Below, piece after piece: positions 25,141-38,540 of a DNA stretch of 64,000 nt. Origin of the DNA: Podarcis tiliguerta (Eukaryota); NCBI GenBank assembly GCA_965153285.1, contig OZ229115.1. One strand, written 5' to 3'. The stretch's first letter is position 1, and each line of letters opens with the position of its first letter. The position numbers and the translations under genes were made by a program. The notes under the pieces were generated by a model. The model saw only the letters and a list, made by a program, of their open reading frames with translations, was not told where the DNA came from and made no database searches.

Positions 25141-25288
25141 GTAAGACCAAATTTCTTAACTCCAACTTAAATTGTAAATGCATGACATTGCAGGAACTTC
25201 CTTAAATGTCTCCATTAGATTTGTATGTTGTTTGACCTATTGTTGGTCCTTAACCAGTTGACTATTTGGCTTAATTTTCTGCTTATAG

Positions 25289-25414
25289 GGTAAAGAAGTT
25301 GCAACTGATGTAAGACTTTTGCCTCAAGGAACTGTTATTTTTGAAGATATCAGCATTGAACACTTTGAGGGAACAGTAACCAAAGTAATTCCAAAAGTAC
25401 CCAACAAAAATCAG
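25289..25414 (+). CDS. CSDE1: CSDE1 coding exon
   Basis: GKEVATDVRLLPQGTVIFEDISIEHFEGTVTKVIPKVPNKNQ. Confidence 0.97.
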
Positions 25415-25658
25415 GTAGGAAATGTCTTACATTATTGTGTACAGAAATTTATTTGTAAAAGTTTATTTTAAAGTACTTTGATAGTCTGTGACACTGAGCA
25501 AATTCAGTAACGGGAAACAAATTGGGTAAATCATTAATGAAAGAGGCATCCTTGGGTGCTACAATGGAAGATGGAACTTGTTCAGCTCTCAGTTGATGTT
25601 TTAAAACTGTAAAATCCTGGAAAGCTCTAATATGGCCTTTCTTTTGTACTCTGATCAG

Positions 25659-25871
25659 AATGACCCGTTACCTGGGCGTATAAAAGTAGACTTTGTGATT
25701 CCTAAAGAACTTCCATTTGGAGACAAAGATACAAAATCAAAGGTGACGCTGTTGGAAGGTGATCACGTTAGATTCAACATTTCAACAGATCGGCGTGACA
25801 AATTGGAACGAGCCACTAATATTGAAGTTCTTCCCAATACTTTCCAACTCACTAATGAGGCTAGAGAAATG
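25659..25871 (+). CDS. CSDE1: CSDE1 coding exon
   Basis: NDPLPGRIKVDFVIPKELPFGDKDTKSKVTLLEGDHVRFNISTDRRDKLERATNIEVLPNTFQLTNEAREM. Confidence 0.97.
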
Positions 25872-26207
25872 GTAAGTAATTAAAATGCATGCCATGTCTA
25901 CTTTCATAGGAGTATGTTCCATTGAACTCAGTGAGAATTACAGCACAATTCTATAGAGATCTACTCGGATGTAAGTGTTCTACACAGAGAAATAGGATAT
26001 AATTACTGTTGCCTCATTTAGCATTGCTGGTACTGTAGAATGATGCTAGATTTATGTAGCAATGAACACTGAAATAGTCCTGAGAAGTTGTCTGAATCTT
26101 CAGCATGTTGCATTTCTTTTGGCTACGTGAGGAATTATTTTCCAAGGAAGCCTTTGATAGAAGATGCAGCGAACTGCAGTTTTACAGAATTCTAACTTTA
26201 GTTCTGT

Positions 26208-26569
26208 GGGACGCGGGTGGCGCTGTGGGTAAAACCTCAGCGCCTAGGACTTGCCGATCGTCAGGTCGGCGGTTTGAATCCCCGCGGCGGGGTGTGCTCC
26301 CGTTGCTCGGTCCCAGCGCCTGCCAACCTAGCAGTTCGAAAGCACCCCCGGGTGCAAGTAGATAAATAGGGACCGCTTACTAGCGGGAAGGTAAACGCCG
26401 TTTCCGTGTGCTGCGCTGGCTTGCCAGATGCAGCTTGTCACGCTGCCACGTGACTCGGAAGTGTCTTTGGACAGCGCTGGCCCCTGGCCTCTTAAGCGAG
26501 ATGGGCGCGCAACCCCAGAGTCGGACACGACTGGCCCGTATGGGCAGGGGTACCTTTACCTTTACCTTT
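26208..26569 (+). mobile_element. Sauria SINE, full length, young
   Basis: GGGACGCGGGTGGCGCTGTGG head, GGTTTGAATCC B box, (ACCTTT)n tail, TSD TAACTTTAGTTCT(G/A)T at 26193-26207 and 26570-26584, CpGs retained. Confidence 0.92.
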
Positions 26570-27474
26570 TAACTTTAGTTCTATATGTCTATATACATAC
26601 TATAAATACATTTCTATGTGCACAATAGAACATCCTCATTCTCTGCTGTCCCCTCCTGCCCTTGTGCACCCTCAGATTCCCAATCTCTGGGTGGTTGAGA
26701 TACCCTCTGGAGCAGATTTGGGGGTGGGGTCCTGGTGGTGGAGAGGAAATGGAAGTCATTTATTTTTTAGATAAGTGACCAAGAAATATAATAATAAGCA
26801 TGACAATGGGAGGGCATTCCAGTGCTGAATTGCTCCCATGGAGAAGGGAGTACATGAAACTTGCATTTGTAAAATAGAAAAATTTCTGATTTACAAATCC
26901 CATTTTAAAGGAAATGTGTAGCAGGAATTGCATTGAAATCCTTCTGTTGCCTCTTTCCACTTTATCTCAGTTTTCAGAAAGTTTTGCATCTTAAAAACTG
27001 ATGTTAAAATTCAGAGAGCAATTTGAGCTTAACCTCAAAGGCTTGCAAGTTCAGAGCCATGTTGGGACTTGTACAGCTAGTTGCACAATGTTTTGAATCC
27101 TCCATCTGAGAATACAGTTATTTTCAGTGAATAATGCCTCACAGTTTTTTCCACTCTAAGGAATTAGAGTGAGAAAAGGAAGAAAAAGCTTTGTGGGAAG
27201 GAAACAGTTCACTGAGATATTGTCTGCTTGCTCTGGATTTGTCTTAGAGTTTTCCTAAAAACTACCATTTATCTGAGTCAATAAGCTTTTTATGCTCTTC
27301 CATTGTAGGGTTTTTCTGGCCGGGGGAGGGGGGAGTGCTGGGCACAATTACTGCCATAGACGTGTCATTATTTTATAACATTTATTTTTCGCTTGGTTCA
27401 CATGTGGCTTGAGTTCTCTCATTGACTTATTAGGCTGATGACTGTTTTTTAAGGCACGGAGAGAATGCCTAGAG

Positions 27475-27738
27475 TGGGGGTAGGCAACCTAAGGCCCAGG
27501 GGCCGGATGCAGCTCAATCACCTTCTCAATCCAGCCCGCGGATGGTCCAGGAATCAGCGTGTTTTTACATGAGTAGAATGTGTCCTTTTATTTAAAATGC
27601 ATCTCTGGGCTATTTGTGGGGCATATGAATTCGTTCATCCCCCCCCCCTAAATAGATAGATAGATAGATAGTCTGGCCCCCCACATGGTCTGAGGGACAG
27701 AGGACCAGCCCACGGCTGAAAAAGGTTGCTGACCCCTG
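27475..27738. mobile_element. hAT-superfamily MITE
   Basis: TIRs (tg)GGGGTAGGCAACCT...AGGTTGCTGACCCCTG; perfect 8-bp TSD GCCTAGAG at 27467-27474 and 27739-27746. Confidence 0.88.
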
Positions 27739-27796
27739 GCCTAGAGCATTGTGGACTAGATGGTATTCTGTTGTACCTGACAGATATCCTCTAAGT

Positions 27797-27933
27797 CAGG
27801 GTTTCCCAAACTTGGGTCTCCAGCTGTGTTTGGACTACAGTTCCTATCATCCCTGACCACTGGTCCTGCTAGCCTAGGGATGATGGGAGTTGTAGTCTGA
27901 AAACAGCTGGAGACCCAAGTTTGGGAGTCCCTG
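27797..27933. mobile_element. Palindromic hAT-type MITE
   Basis: About 60-bp inverted arms CAGGGTTTCCCAAACTTGGGTCTCCAGCTG...CAGCTGGAGACCCAAGTTTGGGAGTCCCTG; 8-bp TSD CTCTAAG(T/G); decayed relatives near 11103, 21863, 31700, 35067 and 54810. Confidence 0.85.
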
Positions 27934-27959
27934 CTCTAAGGATTCTTCAGCAGCTATAG

Positions 27960-28196
<237 letters not shown>

Positions 28197-28301
28197 TGAC
28201 TTACTATGCTTCATTATTATCTTTCATCTAGTAAGATCTCAAGATTGCTTACTGTACTAACTAAAGCAGAGATAAAACTTATAATGAAAACAGCCAAATA
28301 A

Positions 28302-28604
<303 letters not shown>

Positions 28605-29314
28605 TAGACAAGGAATATATTTATAAACATTATCTGGCTGAAGATAACAGTTTCCATACTTTTATTTTTCATGTGTCCTTTGATGGGGATAAACACACAT
28701 ATTCCAACAAGATAATGGAAATACAAAAGCTGGTCTTGCAAGTGTGTCTAAACTTGATTTACTTAGTGTGATTGCAAGGTTTGAGTTTTCTATAAGCATA
28801 ATGTAGATTCTTTTTGGTTGTAGAAATAAACATAGGTGCTGAATCATAGGAGCATCTCTTCTATGAACTTATTCTTATACCAAGTATCTAGTTGAAACAT
28901 ACCAGTTGCATTAATCTTCCTCATTGCTAAAATAGTTTAGGGCTTTTAATGAAATCTTGATTACACTAATGCTAGCAATATCTCTGTTCAGCAGAAACTA
29001 GGTAATATATATTTCAGAAACTGGTCATGAGTTACCTAATGAATACTAGTTTCCTGTATAATCCTAAATAGAAAAAGATAGGATAGGCTTTCTTGAAGTT
29101 CCAACAGTGAGGCATTTCCCTGTATAAAACTACATCTGTGTCAAAACTAGTGAATTTCATGATTACAAAACTTAAGTATTCAGTGGCAGAAAATATACTA
29201 TGTTCATACTACCAGTTCACATTTGTATTGACTTTCAGACTGAGGTCTATTGGGAAAAGTTAAATTCCTTCAGTTTTGATCCTTTTATTTCCTCTCCCCC
29301 TGCCCCACTTTTAG

Positions 29315-29422
29315 GAAGCTGAAGAGGGAATAATTGCTTATGATGATTGTGGGGAGAAGCTGACCATTCCCTATCAGGCTAAGGATGTGGAAGGATCTAC
29401 TTCTCCTCAGATAGGAGATAAG
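29315..29422 (+). CDS. CSDE1: CSDE1 coding exon
   Basis: EAEEGIIAYDDCGEKLTIPYQAKDVEGSTSPQIGDK. Confidence 0.96.
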
Positions 29423-30018
29423 GTAATACGCATACTGTTTTTAAAAATGTAAGAATGCCCATGATTGGGTAAAATACTTCTAGAGACCCTTCTTGGTTTT
29501 TGAGTTTTCCCTATCTGTGTTGATTTGTAATTATTACCTCATTACCTCCTTAATATTATTATACTGAGAACTGGTGCATAGTTGTGGCCGCTCTTCAGAA
29601 GTTGAGAACCGTTCAGGCTATGAACCTTACACTAACATCTTGTGTCCCTGGATTAAGATTTGTTTCAGGCTGCTTTTGTGTAATACATTTTTTTTAAAAT
29701 AAGATCTCAACAAAAAGCAATGGTGTCACTGTGAAAGACTGTTGTGAATTAGTATGTGAATTCCTTCTCTTGTTTGGCCAAAAATGAGACTGCTGATGGT
29801 CAACTTTAAATGGCATAATAAGAGAGTACTGACTTCAACCCTTGAGAATTGAATAGCCTCAGTGAGGGGATTTTCAAAAGAGAGCTAATACTACCATAAG
29901 TTGTTTTCACTTCTAGGAAAAAGCAAAATGTCCCATTAGATTACTTCCAGAAGTGCATGTGATCTTCCCAATCCTTCTAGAAGGCATTTTATTTTGTCTG
30001 ATATCTTTTCCCTAATAG

Positions 30019-30194
30019 GTTGAGTTTACAGTCTGTGAAGTGAAGAGAACTGGATTGCAAACAGCTACATCTGTAAGAATGCTTGGTAGAAACTACAGTT
30101 CAAAAAGGCTTTTAGGATATGTGGCAACTCTAAAGGATAACTTTGGATTTATTGAAACAGCCAATCACGATAAGGAGATTTTCTTCCATTACAG
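30019..30194 (+). CDS. CSDE1: CSDE1 coding exon followed by a GC donor
   Basis: VEFTVCEVKRTGLQTATSVRMLGRNYSSKRLLGYVATLKDNFGFIETANHDKEIFFHY(S); donor AG|gcaagt. Confidence 0.94.
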
Positions 30195-31261
30195 GCAAGT
30201 TGATTAGTCTAAGAGTTTGTTGCACATTAAATCAGGTATGGTACAGGCCGGATGAAGCAGCTTCTACATGGTCCATACAGCAGCACACAGGAGTCTCCAT
30301 ATCACCACTGACTGTTCCTTGAGACTACTAACAGTAATGTGGAGGTGCTCTGTATATTGGAAGGGGGTCCATGTGGTCAGCTCTTGTATCATGATGTCAT
30401 GTGCTGCAGTCCCCATATGGAAACCGTTACCATCTCATTTAAGTGTGCTCCAGTGGTTCTGAAAAGTGGGAACCTCCTTTGGTGTACATATAACATCTGG
30501 AAAGAGGATGAAAATTTCCAGTGAGGGCACAGAATTCTGAGACAGGTGGAGTCTTCCTTCACCAGCCATAACAATTGGTTGAGTTGAATGCCTGCTAGCA
30601 GAAGACTCATAATTGGATTTGTGACTGTAACTACTGCTCCCCAAACAGGTTTAGGATGATGTGGCAGAAGCTTTGTTCCACTTGTATAATGCCAGTGCTG
30701 GATTAGTGTCTGCATCCCCAGATCTTTGCACACAGTAGCAAGCAAGAGTCCCTGTGCATCCTGCTGTGGAACAGATGGTTAATACTGAGTTGTTTGGTTT
30801 GCAGGGTAGAATAGCATGCTTTGTCTGCTTCCTGCAGACTGCATGTTAACCTTAATGTGAAAAAATCTTCCTATAATCTTAAAAAAAATCTCAGGCCTGG
30901 GTGCCCTTCAAGCCTCTATCTGGCTCGTACTGTACAGCAGGGACGTCCAACTGCCAAGAAACAGCGATCTACTCCTAGGAAAAAAAAACTGGCAGTGATC
31001 TACCTTTGGGCAGGGAGTTCAGAGTTGTTGAGTGTGGATAATTAAAATGAATCGCTCACCAACAACACAGCCACTAACAGAAGAACACTCACCAAACACG
31101 ACGCAGGGAGAGAACATGGAGGGGGGGAGAGAGAGAGACATGATTCTAAACGTGAGCTATAAGGATCCCACGATCAACCACGATCATCCGGGGATCGACC
31201 TGTCGATCATGATCCACCGGTTGGACACCCCTGCTATACAGCAACAGACACACCCATTGGT

Positions 31262-31380
31262 ATTCCGCTGCGCCAGAAGCGGTTTAGTCATGTTGGCCGC
31301 ATGATGCAAGATGAGCGCCACACCCCATATTCGCCTTTGACTGGACTTAACTGTCCAGAGGTCCTTTACCCTTTACCTTT
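31262..31380 (+). mobile_element. 5'-truncated, internally deleted Sauria SINE
   Basis: GCGCCAGAAGCGGTTTAGTCATG matches the copies at 55.7 and 60.3 kb; CCTTTA tail. Confidence 0.8.
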
Positions 31381-31466
31381 ACAAAGCTTATCAAAAGTAT
31401 TATTCCAGTGTATGTATGTAACAAGTTAAAGACCTTTGAGTCACTGGCAATAGCAAAATAGTTACA

Positions 31467-31676
31467 CAGTGGTACCTTGAGTTACAAATGCCGCTAACCT
31501 GGAAGAGTTACCTCGAGTTGAGAACTTTGCCCCAGGATGAGAATGGAAATCATGTGCCGGCGGCGCAGCGGCAGCAAGAGGCCCCCATTAGTGAAAGCAC
31601 ACCTCTAGTTAAGAACAGTTTCAGGTTAAGAACGGACCTCCAGAACAAATTAAGTTCGTAACTAGAGGTACCACTG
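31467..31676. mobile_element. Tc1/mariner (Tigger-like) MITE
   Basis: TIRs CAGTGGTACCT...AGGTACCACTG followed by TA; homologous to 44316-44557. Confidence 0.85.
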
Positions 31677-32161
31677 TAGCTTTGATATATTGTTCTCTAA
31701 ACTGGACTACAACTCCCATTGTCTCTGACTAGTAGTTGTGCTTAGTTAGGCTAGTGTGAGTTGTACAGCATATGCTGAGGGCATAGGTTTTTTGCTCCTA
31801 TACTAGTGACATAAACATCCCCACTTTATATGTGCTGCATATTCACATTTTATAAGCTTATTCTGATTTACACAAATAATGTCTGGTGTAAAAAATACTC
31901 ATGGAAGATCCATTTGTAATGTTGATAGTGGCATGCTATGGGTGTTGCATAGGGCTCTTATATAAAGTAAACATTTGACCTCTGATTAATAAATGAGGTC
32001 TTCTACATGATATGCAGCCTGCTGCACTGTGAACGCTTGAAAAGAAATTAGATTCTCAAGATCATCCCATTTGTATTGGTTTGCTAAAAATGTAAATTTG
32101 TTGGGGTGGCATTCTTGGTTACATTTATGCATACTCAAGATTTCTTTATAATTGCTTGCAG

Positions 32162-32274
32162 TGAATTCTGTGGTGATATCGATAGCCTGGAACTTGGCGA
32201 TATGGTTGAATACAGCTTATCAAAAGGCAAAGGAAACAAAGTCAGTGCAGAGAAAGTGAACAAGACACATGCAG
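32162..32274 (+). CDS. CSDE1: CSDE1 coding exon
   Basis: EFCGDIDSLELGDMVEYSLSKGKGNKVSAEKVNKTHA. Confidence 0.96.
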
Positions 32275-33530
32275 GTAAAGCTGTTTTTAAATTTCTTTTT
32301 AAGTCAAATATTGGTCCTCAAATGGTATGTACTTGGTGCTGACAATTTTGTGGATGCCTGCTTGTTGCATTTATCCCAGGTTTGAAAAACAGGAACTTAA
32401 TTCCAACCTCGGACTGTTCCACTGTAATGGTTTATTATCCAAAACTAGAAGTGAGAATTAGATCTGTCTTGGTTGCCTGAGGGCAATTCTTGCTTAGAAA
32501 CAAGGCTAATTAGAAACCTGTTCTATTAGTGTTTTGGATTAGATAAAACTAACACATATATGACATGAAAAGCAGGACAAAGGGGACAAATAAGTTGACA
32601 GCAGCTGCAACTTCTACTGCTGCTGTGAAAACAGTAAAAAGCTTGCATTTTAAAACATAGCCTTCTCGCTTGGGAGCCCCACAAAGGATTTTGTCAAGTG
32701 TGGAGTACAAATCAATCAATCATGATATCATAATGATGCATGATTGGCAGATGGCTGGCTCAACGCACCTGTCATATTTGGTCTGTGAGGCTGATCCTGA
32801 TCAGGATCTAGCCCATGGAACCCAAAGGTTTCCTCATCCTTGCTATAAAGTGTTGTTTGGCTCTGTATTCCTATATGGTGTAGGAACCTTATTGTCTTCA
32901 TATGGGTTGCAGATTCTGATATAAAATATTTAGGAATGCTGTATTGGAAACTGAATAGGAAGGATATAGAACTAAAAAACTTTACCCTATAATTGCCACA
33001 AAATGGAGAATTGCACTACTCAATATTGGGAAACACTGCAGTACTAAAATTGATAGTGTAGCTACCCAGTGAGCTTATTTAAACTTCCGTGCTAGAGATG
33101 TAGTGTTACATCGTAGAATGTATGTGGGGAGTTACACATTGGAATGTGATCCCATCAGGTTCCATATACAAGGAAAATGTGAAGTGCATAGTTAGGTGTA
33201 CTTTGTGCCCTTCCCAAACAAATGAAGAAAAGCCAATACTGACAGTATGTGAATGAATTGCTGTTTTCAGAATTGTCAGAGACTTTCCCATGACATCTAG
33301 TGATGTACTACTGTGTTTCCAGATAGCAAATATTAGGAAAAAATTATTAAGGGCTAACTTTCTACCTAGATTCCCCCCCCCCCCGAATTTTGCAAACCTG
33401 CCACTTTTAGATTTCCATACCTTTAGCCATGATAGGAGAGGTTTTACTTGATACAGGGTGACTCTGCTAAGCTCCATAAAGTTCTTTGGGAAAGATTGCC
33501 AATTGTAATGCGGATGACCTTGTTTTATAG

Positions 33531-33650
33531 TGAATGGCATCACAGATGAGGCTGATCCAGCTGTTTACACGGGTAAAGTAATTCGTCCTCTCAGGAGTGT
33601 AGATCCCACCCAGACTGAATACCAGGGAATGATTGAAGTCATGGAAGATG
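33531..33650 (+). CDS. CSDE1: CSDE1 coding exon
   Basis: (V)NGITDEADPAVYTGKVIRPLRSVDPTQTEYQGMIEVMED. Confidence 0.96.
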
Positions 33651-33840
33651 GTGAGTAGTGTGCCTTTCCAGTAGTATGCTGATCTAATTCCATAATTGGT
33701 TTTGTACCCTAATGAATCTTTCTAGGAAAGTTGGTTGAAGTGAGACTTGCATGTTACAATGTGATGTCTAAATGACATGGAAGCTGCTACTTGAGAATTT
33801 TTAACCATGGCACATCTTTGTGTTATGCTTGCTTCTCCAG

Positions 33841-34019
33841 GAGAAATGAAAGGTGAAGTCTATCCTTTTGGAATTGTTGGTATGGCAAACAAGGGGGACT
33901 GTCTGCAAAAAGGAGAAACCGTAAAGTTCCAGCTTTGTGTCCTTGGTCAAAATGGACAAACAATGGCTTGTAACATTACACCTTTCCGCAGAGCCACCGT
34001 GGAATGTGTGAAAGATCAG
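33841..34019 (+). CDS. CSDE1: CSDE1 coding exon
   Basis: (G)EMKGEVYPFGIVGMANKGDCLQKGETVKFQLCVLGQNGQTMACNITPFRRATVECVKDQ. Confidence 0.97.
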
Positions 34020-34565
34020 GTGAGAGGTCTTCTTGAGATGCAAGCCATGTCTTTGCTGTTTGTGTGATTTTTTTGCGTTAGGGCCTCCTCTGTTTAAATA
34101 CTGGAAGGAAATTATTAGAATTTAACATAGCGTTCTTTTCACTCAGCTAGATTTTGAAGGTCCCAAGTTTGACCTTCAAACATTGAATTAGCTGGATTTA
34201 TAACTTTCATTTGGGTGTAAAAGACAAGATTACAGTTCTTGAATCTTGATAGAAGCCAGGAAGTATGAAAATATTATTGATCATGGAGAGACCTGTTACA
34301 AATATTTTCTCTTTTAGTATCTTATCGGGCGGGGCTAAAATGTTTTTCCAAAAATGAGGTCCGCATCCCCTTTTGTCAGGAAACATTTAAGATGATAGTA
34401 GAATCCATTTATTTCCGTGGGTCTACTTTGAGTATGACTATCATTGGATATCACCCTAAATAGTCTAAATTACGTGCTGTTTGTAAATAAATTTCAGCCC
34501 TACTTGTAAACAATTTGAGTGCTCATGTTGTGCAATTGATAAGACAATTTCCATTCCTTTTTCAG

Positions 34566-34729
34566 TTTGGTTTCATAAACTATGAAGTGGGTGACAGCAA
34601 AAAGCTCTTTTTTCATGTGAAAGAAGTTCAGGATGGTGTGGAACTGCAGGCTGGTGACGAAGTAGAGTTTTCAGTCATCCTCAATCAACGCACAGGGAAA
34701 TGCAGTGCCTGTAATGTGTGGCGTGTTAG
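34566..34729 (+). CDS. CSDE1: CSDE1 coding exon (last cold-shock domain)
   Basis: [54 protein letters not shown](S). Confidence 0.97.
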
Positions 34730-37153
34730 GTAAGCAAAAGATACTAATTTACCTTACTCTCTTGCAGGGGGGAAACCAAGCAATCTTGATCTGATTTCTT
34801 CATAGGAAATTGGCAGACATCCTTGAGCTGCCTCAAGCTGGAATCTTGAAAGTAGCTGCTGGTGAACAAATTATTGAAAATCTATTAAGCTTTGTGTATA
34901 GGGGCCTTTCAGTGCCCCTTCTTTCCCTTCTTTGTACCACATGGGATGAGTTAATGCTGAGGCTGTTGGTTTAAAAGGAAAAATTGGGAAAGAAGAGGAG
35001 GAAATTGGCCTACCTTGCCACCATATTGTTATACATACTCCATTCATTGATTCTCCTCATTTATAGCAGCCTTCCCCAACGCGGTGCACTCCAGATGTTT
35101 TGGACTAGATAGCTGTCATCAGCCTCTGTTAGCACAACCATGCTGGCAAGAGCTGATAGTTATAGCCCAGTAGTGCCACATCAAAGATGTATTTCATGAG
35201 CTGATTTCTTTAGCATTCAACATACATCTGTTTGGGTTTTCCCCTCTGTTCGTTAATAAACTTTTAATGTTCTCTTTCTTCACCTGTTCCTTTCAGGAAC
35301 TCATGTTACACATTTGTAAAGCTTGAAATACTACTGTGCCACTCATTTCCAAAACCTTAAAAAAAAACAGCATCAGTACTCCAGATACTGTGCAAGGACC
35401 ATTTCCTAAATGTATTAGTTCCTTGAGTAGTTACTCTTTATATATTTTGTTCTATCAGATCTTTAACATCCTATTCTCCCATGTTTTTTGGATCTGCGAA
35501 ACATCATGATTTGCAATCCTAATGTTTTGTGAACAAATGATCACTCATGCAACATGGCTTACCTGTCCTCTTTTTTTGCATTTTAGCCTCCTTCATTCTC
35601 TCCCCCCCCCAAAAAAAAGGTGCAGGGGATTGGGACTCTCAGGAGAGGTCTGGGGTGCAGCATATAGGGACAGCAATGGGAAAACCAGAAATTGGGTGGG
35701 GCTATCTTGTGACAGCAAAGCTCCCGATATGCTGTAGTCATGAGTAGGGTTGGGAAAGCCAGGTTTTGTGAGCAGTCTTCTACAGGCAGCTCCCAGTTTA
35801 CATGGGGATTATGTTCCAAAGCACTGTGTGTTTTAGGTTAATTCATGTGCATTTGAAACCTTTAAAAAAAATTCAAACACCCCATTCCACCCCTTTTTGT
35901 GACTTTTGGGGTCACTTCTGGGTTCAGCACAATGTGTGCGTGCATAGTCGTTCATATGTTGGGCACGCCTTAAGTGGTCCCTGCTGTACTTGCATTTGGA
36001 CACAAACCATTGTGTGCACAAAAATCACTATCGTTTCATTACTGTTTTCCTTCTCAGTTCTTTCTTACCCCATAATTCAGTTATCATTGGTGGGCGGTTT
36101 TTTAACATTAAGGCTGAAGCACAGTTATACTTGCCCTAAAGGTTGTAGTATTAGTATCAGTGGAACCACTTCAAAACATTTTGATCTTATTCTACCATTC
36201 CAATTGTCATTCTTAGCACAAAATTGTATTTCATTTATTAGCTGCAGTATTTCTTTCATGTGCCTTTCTTGGCACTTTCATGTCTCCAACTTATGCTGTG
36301 GATTTCTTGCACTTTTTTGTTGTACTTCATGTTTTTGTAATCCTGTTTTTCTCATATTTTCTTGCTTCCTGCATTCCCATTACTGTTAGCTTTGCATGTG
36401 TGCAAAAACAGAAGATAGGCATTTCAAATTCTCACATAATTCCACTTTGTAATTGTGATGGGACAGTAATCATAGTTTATGAAAGGTTTTCACATGGTTT
36501 ATGACTTCTGGGGGTTGGTTCAGTAGAAAGCTCACTTGCATTCCAAACAGCTTATCTTCTCTTTCACTTTGTATGTATGCTCACTCCCCTCCTTTGCCTC
36601 TTGGAATCCTCAGATTGCACATACAGTCTGAGATTTTATCTAGATTTGGGAGAGATGTGGGTCTTTGGGTGGGAGAAACATTCTCAGGGATTCCCTTTAC
36701 CTAATTTGAAGCCCCCTGCATTGGTCCACAACTTACTTAGTGATGGGACTGTTCAGTACTGGTGTCTAATGAGACATGTGCAAATACAGATGAATAATAC
36801 TTAAAGCTGCAGTCTTAACTCAGTGAAACTTTCACGCATGCCATGATTACTACCATGAGCATAATATTACTGCAGATTAGGAATGCATCTACCTGTTAGG
36901 ATGCATTTTGATAATGGAATTTTATCCAACATCAAAACTACATTTGTCATTGTAGGATATCCATATATCTTGCACTGAATTCCCCTTCAAAATTAAACAG
37001 TTATTCCAGGGCAGTGTGGAAAAAGATAGTAATAACCAGCATGAATGCTGTTATAGTAGAAAGTTGGCCTTTTCTCTTTAAAAAAACAAAACAAAACATT
37101 AAAATACACATCTACATGTTTCCCCTAATGATTTAGTTTGTTTCTATTAACAG

Positions 37154-37286
37154 TGAAGGTGCTAAGGCCATAGCTGCTCCACGTCCTGATAGACTTGTTA
37201 ATCGCTTAAAGAGCATTACTTTGGATGATGCCAGCGCTCCTCGTCTAACTGTTCTTCGTCAGCCAAGGGGACCGGATAATTCAAAG
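37154..37286 (+). CDS. CSDE1: CSDE1 coding exon (SUZ-C region)
   Basis: [44 protein letters not shown]. Confidence 0.96.
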
Positions 37287-38540
37287 GTATGTTATAGGAT
37301 ATTTGCCTGATGTGTGGTCATAACACTGGGATTTCCGCTTCTGTGACATACTGGCTAAGAAGCCAAGCAACTTCCGTTTAATTGGTAGGAATTCTAGTAA
37401 ATTTTAATTATCAGCAAAAGATGGAAGGACATAAAAATACTTGAGGAACTCAATTTTTCCCAAAGGCAGTTGAGACAGGATGCTGGATTTCTTAGGTTGC
37501 TGAGACTGTGAGTTGAACATGGAAGTACAAAGGACTTAAATGATAAACTGGAACACAGTGCAAGATTTTAGAGTGCCTCTTGTCTAGTGAGTGTAATTCC
37601 AAAATAAACGAAAGAGGAGGATAGAAAATGGTAGGAGTACATGAATGTGTGAGAAGATTTACTTACATATGAGAATGAAGGTAATGGGTCAGCCAAAAAC
37701 CCTTTGAAAAAAGAGGGATTTGATGGGAGAGAAGAGGTACTAAATGTTTAAGTTATCTTAGAAGACCGAGAGACTGTCAGATTGCAGAGGATTCTATAAG
37801 AAAGTGCTGTCATTAGCAGGGATGTAACTGGCAGACCAAGGGCTAAAAAGACTTGGTAAAACTGGAGAGTTTTAACGGTAAAGATGTGAAGCCTCTGCTG
37901 ATTTGATTTTTTTTTAAAGGATGCCAATGAAGAGATTTGGGGAATATTGTGTAGAGTAGTCTTCAAGGTTGGTGAGGGGACTAAGTGTTGTGTAAATTGC
38001 GGAAAAACTCCTCTGTGCTAAAGGGATCTAGTTGGAGAGGGCAAGGGCACCTCACAGAGCTTTAGGTTTTGTAGCAAAATATGATGTGTTATTTCTAGCA
38101 AAAGCAGTCAGTGGAGTCAAGAATAGAACTGGAAGGAAGGAAGGCAAGATTGCACGAATAAACAATGCCCATGAGTTTGGAGCAAAGGGGGGAAAGGAGC
38201 AAGCAGCTGGCAATTAGACGCTGAGGTTGAGTCAATGGAGGTTTCTATTTTTAGAAAATAGGATGTTTAAACATGGTAGAGACAGACAGAGAGACAGGTT
38301 AATAAGGAGTGATAGCACAAGAGGTGAAATAGCATCAAGGGGGCATGTGGCATGATTGGGTGTGGACTGTGGACAGATGGCAGTGGAGGAGAGCATGTTA
38401 TGAAAATGAATAAAGGATTTCCTTCTAATATGCTCAGTAGCAATATTGATTATATGTGACTGCTTGCAGCTTTCTTTACTTTCCTTATTCATGATTTCAA
38501 GTTCCAATTTAAACTCATTCAGTTACTTCACTGTTTACAG

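Noticed and set aside
35802-36389. 195-aa hydrophobic, Cys/Phe-rich ORF
   Set aside because: By-product of U-rich, AG-poor intron composition; the tract itself is reported as a splicing-type finding
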